Of a stretch of DNA of 64,000 nt, positions 47,925-63,009 are shown piece by piece (the stretch's first letter is position 1; every line of letters starts with the position of its first letter). Origin of the DNA: Ylistrum balloti. Taxonomy: Eukaryota. The position numbers and the translations under genes were made by a program. The stretch spans positions 2,046,001 to 2,110,000 of the forward strand of contig NW_026782099.1 in the NCBI RefSeq assembly GCF_031769215.1, given 5' to 3'. The notes beneath the pieces are model-generated. The model searched no databases. It saw only the letters and a program-made list of their open reading frames with translations, and had not been told where the DNA came from.

Positions 47925-50900
47925 CATTGTATCATTACCAGACATCATCGTACGTTAACATTGTATATTACCAGACATCATCACGTACGTTAACATTGTA
48001 TCATTACCAGACATCATCACGTACGTTAACATTGTATCATTACCAGACATCATCACGTACGTTAACATTGTATCATTACCAGACATCATCACGTACGTTA
48101 ACATTGTATCATTAATCGACATCATCACGTACGTTAACATTGTATCATTACCAGACATCATCACGTACGTTAACATTGTATCATTACCAGACATCATCAC
48201 GTACGTTAACATTGTATCATTAATCGACATCATCACGTACGTTAACATTGTATCATTACCAGATATCATCACGTACGTTAACATTGTATCATTAATCGAC
48301 ATCATCACGTACGTTAACATTGTATCATTAATCGACATCATCACGTACGTTAACATTGTATCATTACCAGACATCGTGTTAACATTGTATCAATAATCGA
48401 CATCATCACGTACGTTAACATTGTATCATTACCAGATATCATCACGTACGTTAACATTGTATCATTAATCGACATTATCACGTACGTTAGCATTGTATCA
48501 TTACCAGACATAATCACTTACGTTAACATTGTATCATTAATCGACATCATCACGTACGTTAACATTGTATCATTACCAGACATCATCACGTACATTAACA
48601 TTGTATCATTACCAGACATCATCACGTACGTTAACATTGTATCATTAATCGACATCATCACGTACGTTAACATTGTATCATTACCAGACATCATCACGTA
48701 CGTTAACATTGTATCATTACCAGACATCATCACGTACGTTAACATTGTATCATTACCAGACATCATCACGTACGTTAACATTGTATAACATTATCAGACA
48801 TCATCACGTACGTTAACATTGTATCATTACAGACATCATCACGTACGTTAACATTGTATCATTCATCACGTACGTTAACATTGTATCATTAATCGACATC
48901 ATCACGTACGTTAACATTGTATCATTACCAGACATCATCACGTACGTTAACATTGTATCATTACCAGATATCATCACGTACGTTAACATTGTATCACTAA
49001 TCGACATCATCACGTACGTTAACATTGTATCAGACATCATCACGTACGTTAACATTGACAGACATCATCACGTACGTTAACATTGTACATTAATCGTACG
49101 TTAACATTGTATCATTACCAGACATCATCACGTACGTTAACATTGTATCATTAATCGACATCATCACGTACGTTAACATTGTATCATTACCAGACATCAT
49201 CACGTACGTTAACATTGTATCATTAATCGACATCATCACGTACGTTAACATTGTATCATTACCAGACATCATCACGTACGTTAACATTGTATCATTATCG
49301 ACATCATCACGTTAACATTGTATCATTACCAGACATCATCGTACGTTAACATCATGTATCATTACCAGACATCATCACGTACGTTAACATTGTATCATTA
49401 ATCGACATCATCACGTACGTTAACATTGTATCATTACCGACATCATCACGTACGTTAACATTGTATCATTAACAGACATCATCACGTACGTTAACATTGT
49501 ATCATTACCAGACATCATCACGTTAACATTGTATAACATCATCACGTACGTTAACACTGTATCATTACCTCGACATCATCACGTACGTTAACATTGTATC
49601 ATTACCAGACATCATCACGTACGTTAACATTGTATCATTACCAGACATCATCACGTACGTTAACACTGTATCATTACCAGACATCATCACGTACATTAAC
49701 ATTGTATCATTACCAGACATCATCACGTACGTTAACATTGTATCATTAATCGACATCATCACGTACGTTAACATTGTATCATTAATCGACATCATCACGT
49801 ACGTTAACATTGTATCATTACCAGACATCATCACGTACGTTAACATTGTATCATTACCAGACATCATCACGTACGTTATATCATTAACATTGTATCATTA
49901 CCAGACATCATCACGTACGTTAACATTGTATCATTAATCGACATCATCACGTACGTTAACATTGTATCATTACCAGACATCATCACGTACATTAACATTG
50001 TATCATTACCAGACATCATCACGTACGTTAACATTGTATCATTAAGACATCATCACGTACGTTAATCACGTTAACATTGTATCATTACCAGACATCATCA
50101 CGTACGTTAACATTGTATCATTAATTCGACATCATCACGTACGTTAACATTGTATCATTACATTGTATCATCGACATCATCACGTACGTTAACATTGTAT
50201 CATATCATTACCAGACATCATCACGTACGTTAACATTGTATCATTACCAGACATCATCACGTACGTTAACATTGTATCATTACCAGACATCATCACGTAC
50301 GTTAACATTGTATCATTAATCGACATCATCACGTACGTTAACATTGTATCATTCACGTACCAGACATCATCACGTACGTTAACATGTATAATTAATCGAC
50401 ATCATCACGTACGTTAACATTGTATCATTACATTACCAGACATCATCACGTACGTTAACATTGTATCATTACCAGACATCATCACGTACGTTAACATTGT
50501 ATCATTAATCGACATCATCACGTACGTTAACATTGTATCATTACCAGACATCATCACGTACGTTAACATTGTATCATTAACATCATCACGTACGTTAACA
50601 TTGTATCATTACCAGACATCATCATTGTACATTAAGACATCATCACGTATCATGTATCATTACCGACATCATCACGTACGTTAACATTGTATCATTACCA
50701 GACATCATCACGTACGTTAACATTGTATCATTACCAGACATCATCACGTACGTTAACATTGTATCATTAATCGACATCATCACGTACGTTAACATTGTAT
50801 CATTAATCGACATCATCACGTACGTAAACATTGTATCATTACCATACATCATCACGTACGTTAACATTGTCATCACGTACGTTAACATTGTATCACTAAT

Positions 50901-53900
50901 CGACATCATCACGTACCTGAGCATTGTATCATTACCAGACATCATCACGTACGTTAACATTGTATCATTAATCGACATCATCACGTACGTTAACATTGTA
51001 TCATTACCAGACATCATCACGTACGTTAACATTGTATCATTAATCGACATCATCACGTACGTTAACATTGTATCATTACCAGACATCATCACGTACGTTA
51101 ACACGTACGTTAACATTGTATCATTACCAGACATCATCACGTACGTTAACATTGTATCATTAAAAGACATCATCAAGTACGTTAACATTGTATCATTAAG
51201 ACATCATCACGTACGTTAACAACATTTGACATCATCACGTATTAACATTACCAGACATCAGACATCATCACGTACGTTAACATTAACATTGACATCATCA
51301 CGTACGTTAACATGTATCATTACCAGACATCATCACGTACGTTAACATTGTATCATTACCAGACATCATCACGTACGTTAACATTGTATCATTAATCGAC
51401 ATCATCACGTACGTTAACATTGTATCATTACCAGACATCATCACGTACGTTAACATTGTATCATTACCAGACATCATCACGTACGTTAACATTGTATCAT
51501 TACCAGACATCATCACGTACGTTAACATTGTATCATTACCAGACATCATCACGTACGTTAACATTGTAATCATTAAACCAGACATCATCACGTACGTTAA
51601 CATTGTATCATTAATCGACATCATCACGTACGTTAACATTGTATCATTAATCGACATCATCACGTACGTTAACATTGTATCATTAATCGACATCATCACG
51701 TACGTTAACATTGTATCATTACCAGACATCATCACGTACGTTAACATTGTATCATTACCAGACATCATCACGTACGTTAACATTGTATCATTACCAGACA
51801 TCATCACGTACGTTAACATTGTATCATTAATCGACATCATCACGTACGTAAACATTGTATCATTACCAGACATCATCACATACGTTAATATTGTATCATT
51901 ACCAGACATCATCACGTACGTAAACATTGTATCATTAATCGACATCATCACGTACGTTAACATTGTATCATTACCAGACATCATCATTACGTTAACATTG
52001 ACATCATCACGTACGTTAACATTGTATCATTATCATCACGTACGTTAACATTGTATCACATCATCACGTACGTTAACATTGTATCATTACCAGACATCAT
52101 CACGTACGTTAACATTGTATCATTACCAGACATCATCACGTACGTTAACATTGTATCATTACCAGACATCATCATCGTTAACATTGTATCATTATCGACA
52201 TCATCACGTATAACATTGTATCATTACCAGACATCATCACGTACGTTAACATTGTATCATTACCAGACATCATCACGTACGTTAACATTGTATCATTACC
52301 AGACATCATCACGTACGTTAACATTGTATCATTAATCGACATCATCACGTACGTTAACATTGTATCATTAATCGACATCATCACGTACGTTAACATTGTA
52401 TCATTACCAGACATCATCACGTACGTAAACATTGTATCATTAATCGACATCATCACGTACGTTAACATTGTATCATTACCAGACATCATCACGTACGTTA
52501 ACATTGTATCATTACCAGACATCATCACGTACGTTAACATTGTATCATTAATCGACATCATCACGTACGTTAACATTGACATCATCACGTACGTTAACAT
52601 TGTATCATTACCAGACATCATCATTACCAGACATCATCACGTACGTTAACATTGTATCATTACCAGACATCATCACGTACGTTAACATTGTATCATTAAT
52701 CGACATCATCACGTACGTAAACATTGTATCATTACCATACATCATCACGTACGTTAACATTGTATCACTAATCGACATCATCACGTACCTGAGCATTGTA
52801 TCATTACCAGACATCATCACGTACGTTAACATTGTATCATTAATCGACATCATCACGTACAAGACATCATCACGTACGTTAACATTGTATCATTAACAGA
52901 CATCATCACGTACGTTAACATTGTATCATTAATCGACATCATCACGTACGTTAACATTGTATCATTACTCGACATCATCACGTACGTTAACATTGTATCA
53001 TTACCAGACATCATCACGTACGTTAACATTGTCATCACGTACGTTAACATTGTATCATTAATCGACATCATCACGTACGTTAACATTGTATCATTACCAG
53101 ACATCATCACGTACGTTAACATTGTATCATTAATCGACATCATCACGTACGTTAACATTGTATCATTACCAGACATCATCACGTACGTTAACATTGTATC
53201 ATTAATCGACATCATCACGTACCTTAGCATTGTATCATTACCAGACATCATCACTTACGTTAACATTGTATCATTACCAGACATCATCACGTACGTTAAC
53301 ATTGTATCATTACCAGACATCATCACGTACGTTAACATTGTATCATTACCAGACATCATCACGTACGTTAACATTGTATCATTACCAGACATCATCACGT
53401 ACGTTAACATTGTATCATTAATCGACATCATCACGTACGTTAACATTGTATCATTCGACATCATCACGTACGTTAACATCATCACATACGTTAACATTGT
53501 ATCATTACCAGACATCATCACGTACGTTAACATTGTATCATTTCATCACGTACGTTAACATCATCACGTACGTTAACATTGTATCATTACCAGATATCAT
53601 CACGTACGTTAACATTGTATCACTAATCGACATCATCACGTACGTTAACATTGTATCATTAATCGACATCATCACGTACGTAAACATTGTGTCATTGCCA
53701 GACATCATCACGTACGTTAACATTGTATCATTAATCGACATCATCACGTACGTTAACATTGTATCATTAATCGACATCATCACGTACGTTAACATTGTAT
53801 CATTACATTAACATTGTATCATTACCAGACATCATCACGTACGTTAACATTGTATCATTAATCGACATCATCACGTACGTTAACATTGTATCATTAATCG

Positions 53901-56168
53901 ACATCATCACGTACGTTAACATTGTATCATTAATCGACATCATCACGTACGTTAACATTGTATCATTACCAGACATCATCACGTACGTTAACATTGTATC
54001 ATTAATCGACATCATCACGTACGTTAACATTGTATCATTACCAGACATCATCACGTACGTTAACATTGTATCATTACCAAACATCATCACGTACGTTAAC
54101 ATTATATCATTAATCGACATCATCATGTACGTTAACATTGTATCATTACCAGACGTACGTTCATCTCGACATCATCACGTACGTTAACATTGTATCATTA
54201 CCAGACATCATCACGTACGTTAACATTGTATCATTAATCGACATCATCACGTACGTTAACATTGTATCATTAATCGACATCATCACGTACGTTAACATTG
54301 TATCATTACCAGACATCATCACGTACATTAACATTGTATCATTACCAGACATCATCACGTACATTAACATTGTATCATTACCAGACATCATCACGTACGT
54401 TAACATTGACATCATCACGTACGTTAACATTGTATCATTACCAGACATCATCACGTACGTTAACATTGTATCATTACCAGACATCATCACGTACGTTAAC
54501 ATTGTATCATTACCAGACATCATCACGTACGTTAACATTGTATCATTAATCGAAATCATCACGTACGTAAACATTGTATCATTTATCGACATCAGCACGT
54601 CATCACGTACGTTAACATTGTATCATTACCAGACATCATCACGTACGTTAACATTGTATCATTACCAGACATCATCACGTACGTTAACATTGTATCATTA
54701 CCAGACATCATCACGTACGTTAACATTGTATCATTAATCGACATCATCACGTACGTTAACATTGTATCATTACCAGACATCATCACGTACGTTAACATTG
54801 TATCAATAATCGACATCATCACGTACGTTAACATTGTATCATTACCAGATATCATCACGTACGTTAACATTGTATCATTAATCGACATTATCACGTACGT
54901 TAACATTGTATCATTATCATCATCACGTACGTTAACATTGACATCATCACGTACGTTAACATTGTATCATTACCAGACATCATCACGTACGTTAACATTG
55001 TATCATTACCAGACATCATCACGTACGTTAACATTGTATCATTACCAGACATCATCACGTACGTTAACATTGTATCATTCGACATCATCACGTACGTTAA
55101 CATCATTACAGACATCATCACGTACGTTAACATTGTATCATTAATCGACATCATCACGTACGTTAACATTGTATCATTACCAAACATCATCACGTACGTT
55201 AACATTATATCATTACCAGACATCATCACGTACGTTAACATTATATCATTTCCAGACATCATCACGTACGTTAACATTGTATCATTACCAGACATCATCA
55301 CGTACGTTAACATTGTATCATTTATCGACATCAGCACGTACCTTAACAATGTATCATGACCAAACATCATCACGTACCTTAACATTTTACCATTAATCGA
55401 CATCATCACGTACCTTAGCATTGTATCATTACCAGACATAATCACTTACGTTAACATTGTATCATTAATCGACATCATCACGTATGTTAACATTGTACCA
55501 TTAATCGACATCAACACGCACATTAACAATGTATCATTTATCGACATCATCACATACCTTAACATTTTACCATTAATCGACATCATCACGTACCTTAGCA
55601 TTGTATCATTACCAGACATCATCACGTACGTTAACATTGTATCATTACCAGACATCATCACGTACGTTAACATTGTATCATTACCAGACATCATCACGTA
55701 CGTTAACATTGTATCATTAATCGACATCATCACGTACGTTAACATTGTATCATTACCAGACATCATCACGTACGTTAACATTGTATCATTACCAGACATC
55801 ATCACGTACGTTAACATTGTATCATTACCAGACATCATCACGTACATTAGACATCATCACTTACGTTAACATTGTATCATTACCAGACATCATCACGTAC
55901 GTTAACATTGTATCATTAATCGACATCATCACGTACATTAACACTGTATCATTACCAGACATCATCACGTACATTAACATTGCCAGACATCATCACGTAC
56001 GTTAATTTCATTGTATCATACATCATCACGTACGTTAACATTGTATCATTACCAGACATCATCACGTACGTTAACATTGTATCATTACCAGACATCATCA
56101 CGTACGTTAACATTGTATCATTACCAGACATCATCACGTACGTTAACATTGTATCATTAATCGACATC
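47925..56168. repeat. 36-bp satellite array, ~8.2 kb, roughly 230 monomer-lengths
   Basis: Unit ACATTGTATCATTA(CCAGAC/ATCGAC)ATCATCACGTACGTTA; two main variants and many partial monomers in the middle. Confidence 0.98.
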
Positions 56169-56186
56169 AGTGTCCTGAATTGCATT

Positions 56187-56830
56187 TAGTGAAGTAGTGT
56201 GGGAACATTCGACGTCGTGTCTTGAAGTAGTGTGGAAACATTCGACGTCGTGTCCTGAAGTAGTGTGGAAACATTCGACGGTGTGTCTTGAAGTAGTGTG
56301 GGAACATTAGATGTCGTGTCCTGAAGTAGTGTGGAAACATTCGACGGAGTGTCCTGGAAACATTCGACGTCGTGTCCTGAAGTAGTGTGGAAACATTCGA
56401 CGGTGTGTCCTGAAGTAGTGTGGGAACATTCGACGTCGTGTCTTGAAGTAGTGTGGAAACATTCGACGTCGTGTCCTGAAGTAGTGTGGAAACATTCGAT
56501 GGTGTGTCCTGAAGTAGTGTGGAAACATTCGACGGTGTGTCTTGAAGTAGTGTGGGAACATTCGACGTCGTGTCCTGAAGTAGTGTGGAAACATTCGACG
56601 TCGTGTCCTGAAGTAGTGTGGGAACATTCGACGTCGTGTCCTGAAGTAGTGTGGAAACATTCGACGGTGTGTCCTAAAGTAGTGTGGGAACATTCGACAT
56701 CGTGTCTTGAAGTAGTGTGGAAACATTCGACGTCGTGTCCTGAAGTAGTATGGAAATATTCGACGTCGTGTCCTGACGTAGTATGGAAACATTCGGCGTC
56801 GTGTCCTGAAGTAGTGCAGGAACATTCGGC
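56187..56830. repeat. 33-bp minisatellite, ~19 copies
   Basis: Unit GTCCTGAAGTAGTGTGGAAACATTCGACGTCGT. Confidence 0.95.
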
Positions 56831-58104
56831 AGTGTATGCTGAGATAAAATAAATAGGACATCAATGTACCAAGGTTTGTGAAATAATATGTTCATATCAC
56901 TTCATCCAGTTACTGTCACTCCATTCATAAATCAACAAAGCGTTATTTTCTACTTGATGACCTTCCTACAAAGTGTTTTAACCACCCTGTCTAAACTGTT
57001 GTGTTCTGTAAGATGTAGAAACACGGTGTGTGTGGTACAAAACAAAAATATAGCTTAATGGTGATACATTCGTCTGTGATCAATATTCGACGGTGGCAAT
57101 CAGTATGGTCCCATTCGATTGGGATATGGGGTGTTAACACATTCATATCTTGACTTTCAGTGTGGACTCATTCTACCTCTGCATTTGAGGTAGAAACTCT
57201 TGGATTTTGGTTCCAGTTCGGCCAAAGGAGTTGGAGGTATACCTGTATTTTCTGGGTTGGTGTCAAATAAGCAACATGATTTCCCACAGGTGACTACCAT
57301 TGTCACATTGTCGTTGATGATCCCGGGTATACGGTAAATATCTACATTTTGCGGTGGCACTTGTTTTACTCACGTATGGTTGGAAATGTCACTTACAAGC
57401 CAGGAAACAACAAGGCATTGATGGTCACAAATATACGGTAAATATTTGTAAAATGTATAATTTCTTTAGCCTCCAATCAGGTTACTTTTCGGATCAATTC
57501 GTGCTTGATGTACAGAAAGAACATATATGTTGATACATTAAATCATAGCATATATATTCGGAATTAATTTATCTAGGTTAAGGATGGACATTATTTGATC
57601 AAATCACTTTCAAAGTGAAGCCGAAAAGGCAATGCTAGAGAACGTCATAACAAGATTAATATATATCGATTTCGTACAGGTTGTCATTTCCGTATATAGG
57701 TGTCACAACCTCAATTCTATAGGAAACCTGTTTAATTTTTCACTTCGATATTTGTAGGATAAATGGCAGACATTAGATAACACTGTTATTTTAACAGAGA
57801 TACACATAATGCTGATCAGCAAAATAGAGTGGTTATGTAACTGACGATAAGATAGTAAATCAAATATATAATAACCTGTTCTGTACTTATAGAGCAATGT
57901 CCGATAAGCTTTGCTCGTCCTTGAACGTACAGGAGTTAGTGTGTTGATATGCACATATATTAATACCTTAGTATGAAAAGGTAGAATAAAAAAAATGAAA
58001 ACAAAAATTGTATTTTCAGATTATCTTGTCCTCTTTGAGGAATGCAGTGATATTCTGATGTAGGCGGATAAGAATTATTTTTTCTACTGTTATGAAGCAT
58101 CACA

Positions 58105-58580
58105 TACCAGGACTGATTGATAAGTTGTGAGTCTTGTACTGAAGAAGTTAAGCTGGGATGTCCTTTTTCAGCTCTTTTATTCCCGGGGTATTTAAGGCTG
58201 TAGCACTCTTCAGTAAACAAGGCAAGTGAATTTTCAAAAAAATCTGACAAAATCTATGAAAGAGCAGCGATTCAATATTTGCATAAGAAAGGCCTAGCAC
58301 CTAAGGACATCCATACGGATATGGTAGCATTACTGGGGAATGATGCCCCTTCATATGCTACAGTAAAAGGTGGGTGGCGGAATTTAAGCATGGCAGGCAG
58401 AGCCTTGGGGATGACGCCCGTCTTGGAAGGCTTGACACTATTGCAGAAATGACCAATAAAGTCCATGATATGGTTATGGCTGACAGGCGACTTATAGAGA
58501 TATATATAGCCAGTACAGTTGGGATTACACAGGAAAGAGTACATTCTATTCTTACGGAAGATCTTGCAATGAGAAAGCAT
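58105..58580 (+). mobile_element. Tc1/mariner relic: left end and HTH region of the transposase
   Basis: TA+CCAGGACTGATTGATAAGTTGTGAG resembles a mariner TIR. RAAIQYLHKKGLAPKDIHTDMVALLGNDAPSYATVK-(fs)-WVAEFKHGRQSLGDDARLGR...VHDMVMADRRL...VHSILTEDLAMRK is the mariner N-terminal HTH. No DDD domain. Confidence 0.85.
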
Positions 58581-58714
58581 ACTGATGTATTCTAAACGAA
58601 TATTGATGTTTGTACCATAGTGCCATTTGATTAGAATATTTCACACCTTTCGATAATCGACGTACCGATCTGTAGATCTGTGTTTACAAAGGTTGATAGT
58701 AATATAATATTAAA

Positions 58715-59075
58715 CCTGTGTTCTCTGCTATATATTCCCTTGTATATACTTATATGGGGTGGTTACTACAATTACAGATATAGCTGTGTTCTCTGCTATA
58801 TATTCCCCTGTGTATGATTACATACACTGCTATTACAAATATAGCTGTGTTCTCTGCTATATATTCCCCGGTGTATGATTACATGTGGTGGCTAGTACTA
58901 TTACAAATATAGCTGTGTTATCTGCTATATATTCCCCGGTGTATGATTACATGGGGTGGCTAGTACTTTTACAAATATAGCTGTGTTCTCTGCTATATAT
59001 TTCCCTGTATATACTTATATGGGGTGGCTAGTACTATTGCAAATATAGCTGTGCTCTCTGCTATATATTCCTCGG
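58715..59075. repeat. 68-bp minisatellite, ~5 copies
   Basis: GCTGTG(T/C)T(C/A)TCTGCTATATATT recurs at 58783, 58844, 58912, 58980 and 59048. Confidence 0.9.
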
Positions 59076-61852
59076 CGTCATTTCTGTGGGATTGTAGGAT
59101 AATCAATCGTTTCCTAGACAATGATATTTAAACATCACATAAAAATGCCGTTTTGATATGGAACTAGAGGTATAGACATTCGAATCGTGTGTGCTGTAAG
59201 GTTCTACATTTAGTGAGGGCTAGGACAATTCTCAAGAGGAAGAAGAAACCATTGGCACGCGCTACTCACAATTTGGGTATATTTATTCAGGATCGAGTAG
59301 GATGATGTTGGTTGAGGTGATTGTACTTTCGGGAATTCCAATGTTTTGTCGGATCATGTGTTATTAGGCTGCATCATACTGGTATTTTCAGTGGCATATT
59401 AAAAAGTCGTTTTATGTGTGAACACGTGTAGAGTAGACATGTAGGCAACAGCAATTTTACAGAACAATGCACCATTGAAATACCCAGAACAAAAGCACGC
59501 GACTCACTTCTATCAGTAAATGAAGCCATCCGAGTTTTAACTACTCAAGTAATAAATGTCAATATTGTAGCGTAACCAGGTCGAAAAGCGATAAAGCATT
59601 CAATTTCGACGCACATTTCACGGGTCATTTACGATGGCGTCATGAATAGGTTTCACGGCAAGTTCCATTTATGTGGGGAAAATAGTCTAAACCGAGTGCT
59701 GAAAAGCTCGTGTATTACACTAGATTTGAAATATTCCTGTCTACGAAACAAACCCCATGTTACATTCTATCTGATAAACCTAGTCTGATCTCAGATTGAC
59801 ACCGTCACTGTTTTATTGCATCTGTTCAAACGTTATTTTATGTTCAGGTTATCGCATGTGACCTAAACGAAATAGGAAGTATGGGGTTCATTGCTATATT
59901 TAGATTTCATTTCTCGTCAATACCATACCATTTTTATCAATTGAAAAATTCAAGACACAAAAATAAGGCAAATATTCAGTTTGCCATCATAAGAACAACC
60001 ATCTTGGAACAACCTATTGTTTTTGTTTGTTGGAGACCTTTTTAACAAAACTCGAACACAAGCATATGATCAGATGTTTAATTTATTGAGATCTCATCAG
60101 ATTAAATTTCAGGAATCTCACGAACTCCGGCTGAAAAGATGACATCAAAGAGTCGTACATATCAGAGTCTCTCTTGCACACGTATTGACACGTGTTTTGA
60201 AAGAATGACTCTCGTATAAAATTAATGTGTTACATACAAGGCTTGTATTACACGCGTTTTTGATATTCATCTTTGTAACCAAACTTCTACTGATAAGAAC
60301 AGACCAATACAAAGTTCATAAAATCAAGTTCAACGAGTACTGTTTTTCTTTCTTCATTATTTTTAGTAGATATTCATTACTTTTGTTTCGTACTTATCAT
60401 CAACATAGTGAAACATAGTATAACAAGAGATAGGGTGGACCTAATTTCTAAGTGTCAATTATCGCAAATACATAGGGAAACGTTTTCATTCTGGTTAAAT
60501 CAAGACGGACGCACACCAAATGATCTATAATCACATTTAATAAACAAGGGAAGTAACTACATGTACAACATAACATAGTGGCGTTGATGATGTCCGTCAC
60601 GTCGTACCAGTTGTATTGACAGCCTTGGCGGGGGATGGGTAGGATCTGTTGAGTTTTGCATTAATTCTTCTCATAAATGTATTTTCACCTTAACTATATT
60701 CTCTAAACATCTCGATCGGCAATATCACGCCTTTTCTTTTTCGAAAAGACTACAGAAGGATCTTAATCTGCCCGCCGTTTATAGTCGTAGCCGCCGTACT
60801 ATATTTAGTGGTTAGTGGCTCGAAGGCGGTGTGATTACATAATACCTTTTTTGTTGTAACATCTGAAATCCTTTCCTACCTAATGTACATTGCTTTCTGA
60901 TAATTCTTTCATTGGGATTGCATGTATCTGTCCGTTATGTTGATTATATGTTGGACTTGTGAGGATTAAGATAATTTTACAGTAAGATAGTGTGTTTAGA
61001 TAGATAACAGGATTACAGGTACGTTGTGTTGTGGAATTGTCAGAAGCATGTTGTTGATTTATCAAATTTATGCCAGACTATCACTAGACGATCAAGATGT
61101 TGACAAAATTCTTATCACTGTTGGTGTTCTCGAGTGAAAGCACCCTCCGGTTTTAAAAAGGAACAAATGGTCATTGACAAGCATCCATGTGTATCGTCTC
61201 CGACAAATAACACACAGGCACCATTCAATTCTCGTTACACAGACTTCTAACTTTGGACAGAAGAATAGTATTGGTAAATTATAGGCAATAAAACACACAA
61301 AAATATCGGTAGTAAAGGTATTTAGCGAGAACGAAAAGTTGTCTGGAACAGAATTAGAGAAAATAACCATTATAAGGTTTGAATGTGTCTATAAATGTTA
61401 CTGAAAACGTATTACTTTAACGGCGATGAACAATCTCCTCATGTATTTCTTGTATTTTATTGGGGGTTCCCCTTTGATATATTTTTTCCGATGTTCGATA
61501 AAGTATACGTAGTGGTTCCGTTGTATTTGACTTCGATTGTCTGGGATTTACATGGCGGTGTCGTCGATGTAGAAGAAAAAAACGCTTACCGTTTTGTAAC
61601 ACTCGGCTTTAATCCCATTGTTATTTTCCGCGGAAATCTTTCTTTTGATCTTATTTTGCTCCAGTTTCACCGCATTTGAGCTTGCATTAAGATTCTGTCG
61701 ATACGTCAGAACTATCGTAGTTGTTTCTGTAGACTGTCGTGGTATAATATAGGTATCCATCACCGGTAAAAACTTAAAACAAAAAAGGTTCCTTTTTAAA
61801 CTTTCCAGGTAATATTATTCCTATGGTATGGTATGTATATTTATGTTAGTTA

Positions 61853-62662
61853 CATCACACATAGAACATCACATCTGTTGTAATTACACCAAACAATGAC
61901 CATCACAAATGTTGTAATTACATCACACATAGACCATCACATATGTTGTAATTACATCACACATAGACCATCACATATGTTGTAATTACATCACACATAG
62001 ACCATCACATATGTTGTAATAACACCTCACATAGACCATCACATGTTGTAATTACACCTCACATAGACCATCACATATGTTGTAATTACACCTCACATAG
62101 ACCATCACATATGTTGTAATTACATCACTCATACGCCATCACAAATGTTGTAATTACATCACACATAGACCATCACATCTGTTGTAATGACATCTCACAT
62201 AGACCATCACATATGTTGTAATTACATCACACATACACCATCACATATGTTGTAATTACAGCTCACACAGACCATCACATTTGTTGTAATTACATCTCAC
62301 ATACACCATCACATATGTTGTAATTACACCACACATAGAACATCACAAATGTTGTAATTACATCACACATAGACCATCACATATGTTGTAATGACATCTC
62401 ACATAGACCATCACATATGTTGTAATTACATCACACATAGACCATCACATATGTTGTAATTACATCACACATAGACCATCACATATGTTGTAATAACATC
62501 TCACATAGACCATCACATATGTTGTAATTACATCACACATACACCATCACATATGTTGTAATGACATCTCACATAGACCATCACATCTGTTGTAATGACA
62601 TCTCACACAGACCATCACATATGTTGTAATTACACTACACATACACCATCACATATGTTGTA
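61853..62662. repeat. 34-bp minisatellite, ~23 copies
   Basis: Unit CATCACACATAGACCATCACATATGTTGTAATTA. Confidence 0.95.
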
Positions 62663-63009
62663 TACCCTAACTCGTGCATTTTTCTAACTATTTTCCTTTT
62701 TATTTGCTATGTTCTCTAGAATTCAAATATTCGCATTTTTCTAACCATTTTCCTTTTTATTTGCTATGTTCTCTAGAATTCGAATATTCGACGTTTTTTT
62801 ACATTTGAAGTTAGAGGTTATCTTTTTCTGTTGTCTACACTGGAATACGGTGAGGCACAACCAGTAAAACAGTAACCTCTATCAAGAACTGTATTACGGC
62901 ATTATATAGACAATACTTGTTACAGTGTCCGACATCAATATCGTTTTATTCTTTATTACTTTTCCGGACTTTTTACAGATTTTGAAGTAAAGAAGAAGGA
63001 CTACCAAAC

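Noticed and set aside
47925-56168. CRISPR-like appearance of 33-36-bp repeats with palindromic cores
   Set aside because: Monomers are head-to-tail with no unique spacers, there are no cas genes, and the context is eukaryotic.
47464-56864. Dozens of MLTYVMMSGNDT, MCDNDLHT and CPEVVWKHSTS ORFs
   Set aside because: Satellite monomers of 24, 36 and 33 bp, with frequent frame-breaking partial units.
57157-57360. Minus-strand ORF VPPQNVDIYRIPGIINDNVTMVVTC, vaguely Ig/FN3-like
   Set aside because: No convincing acceptor or neighbouring exons; similarity too weak.
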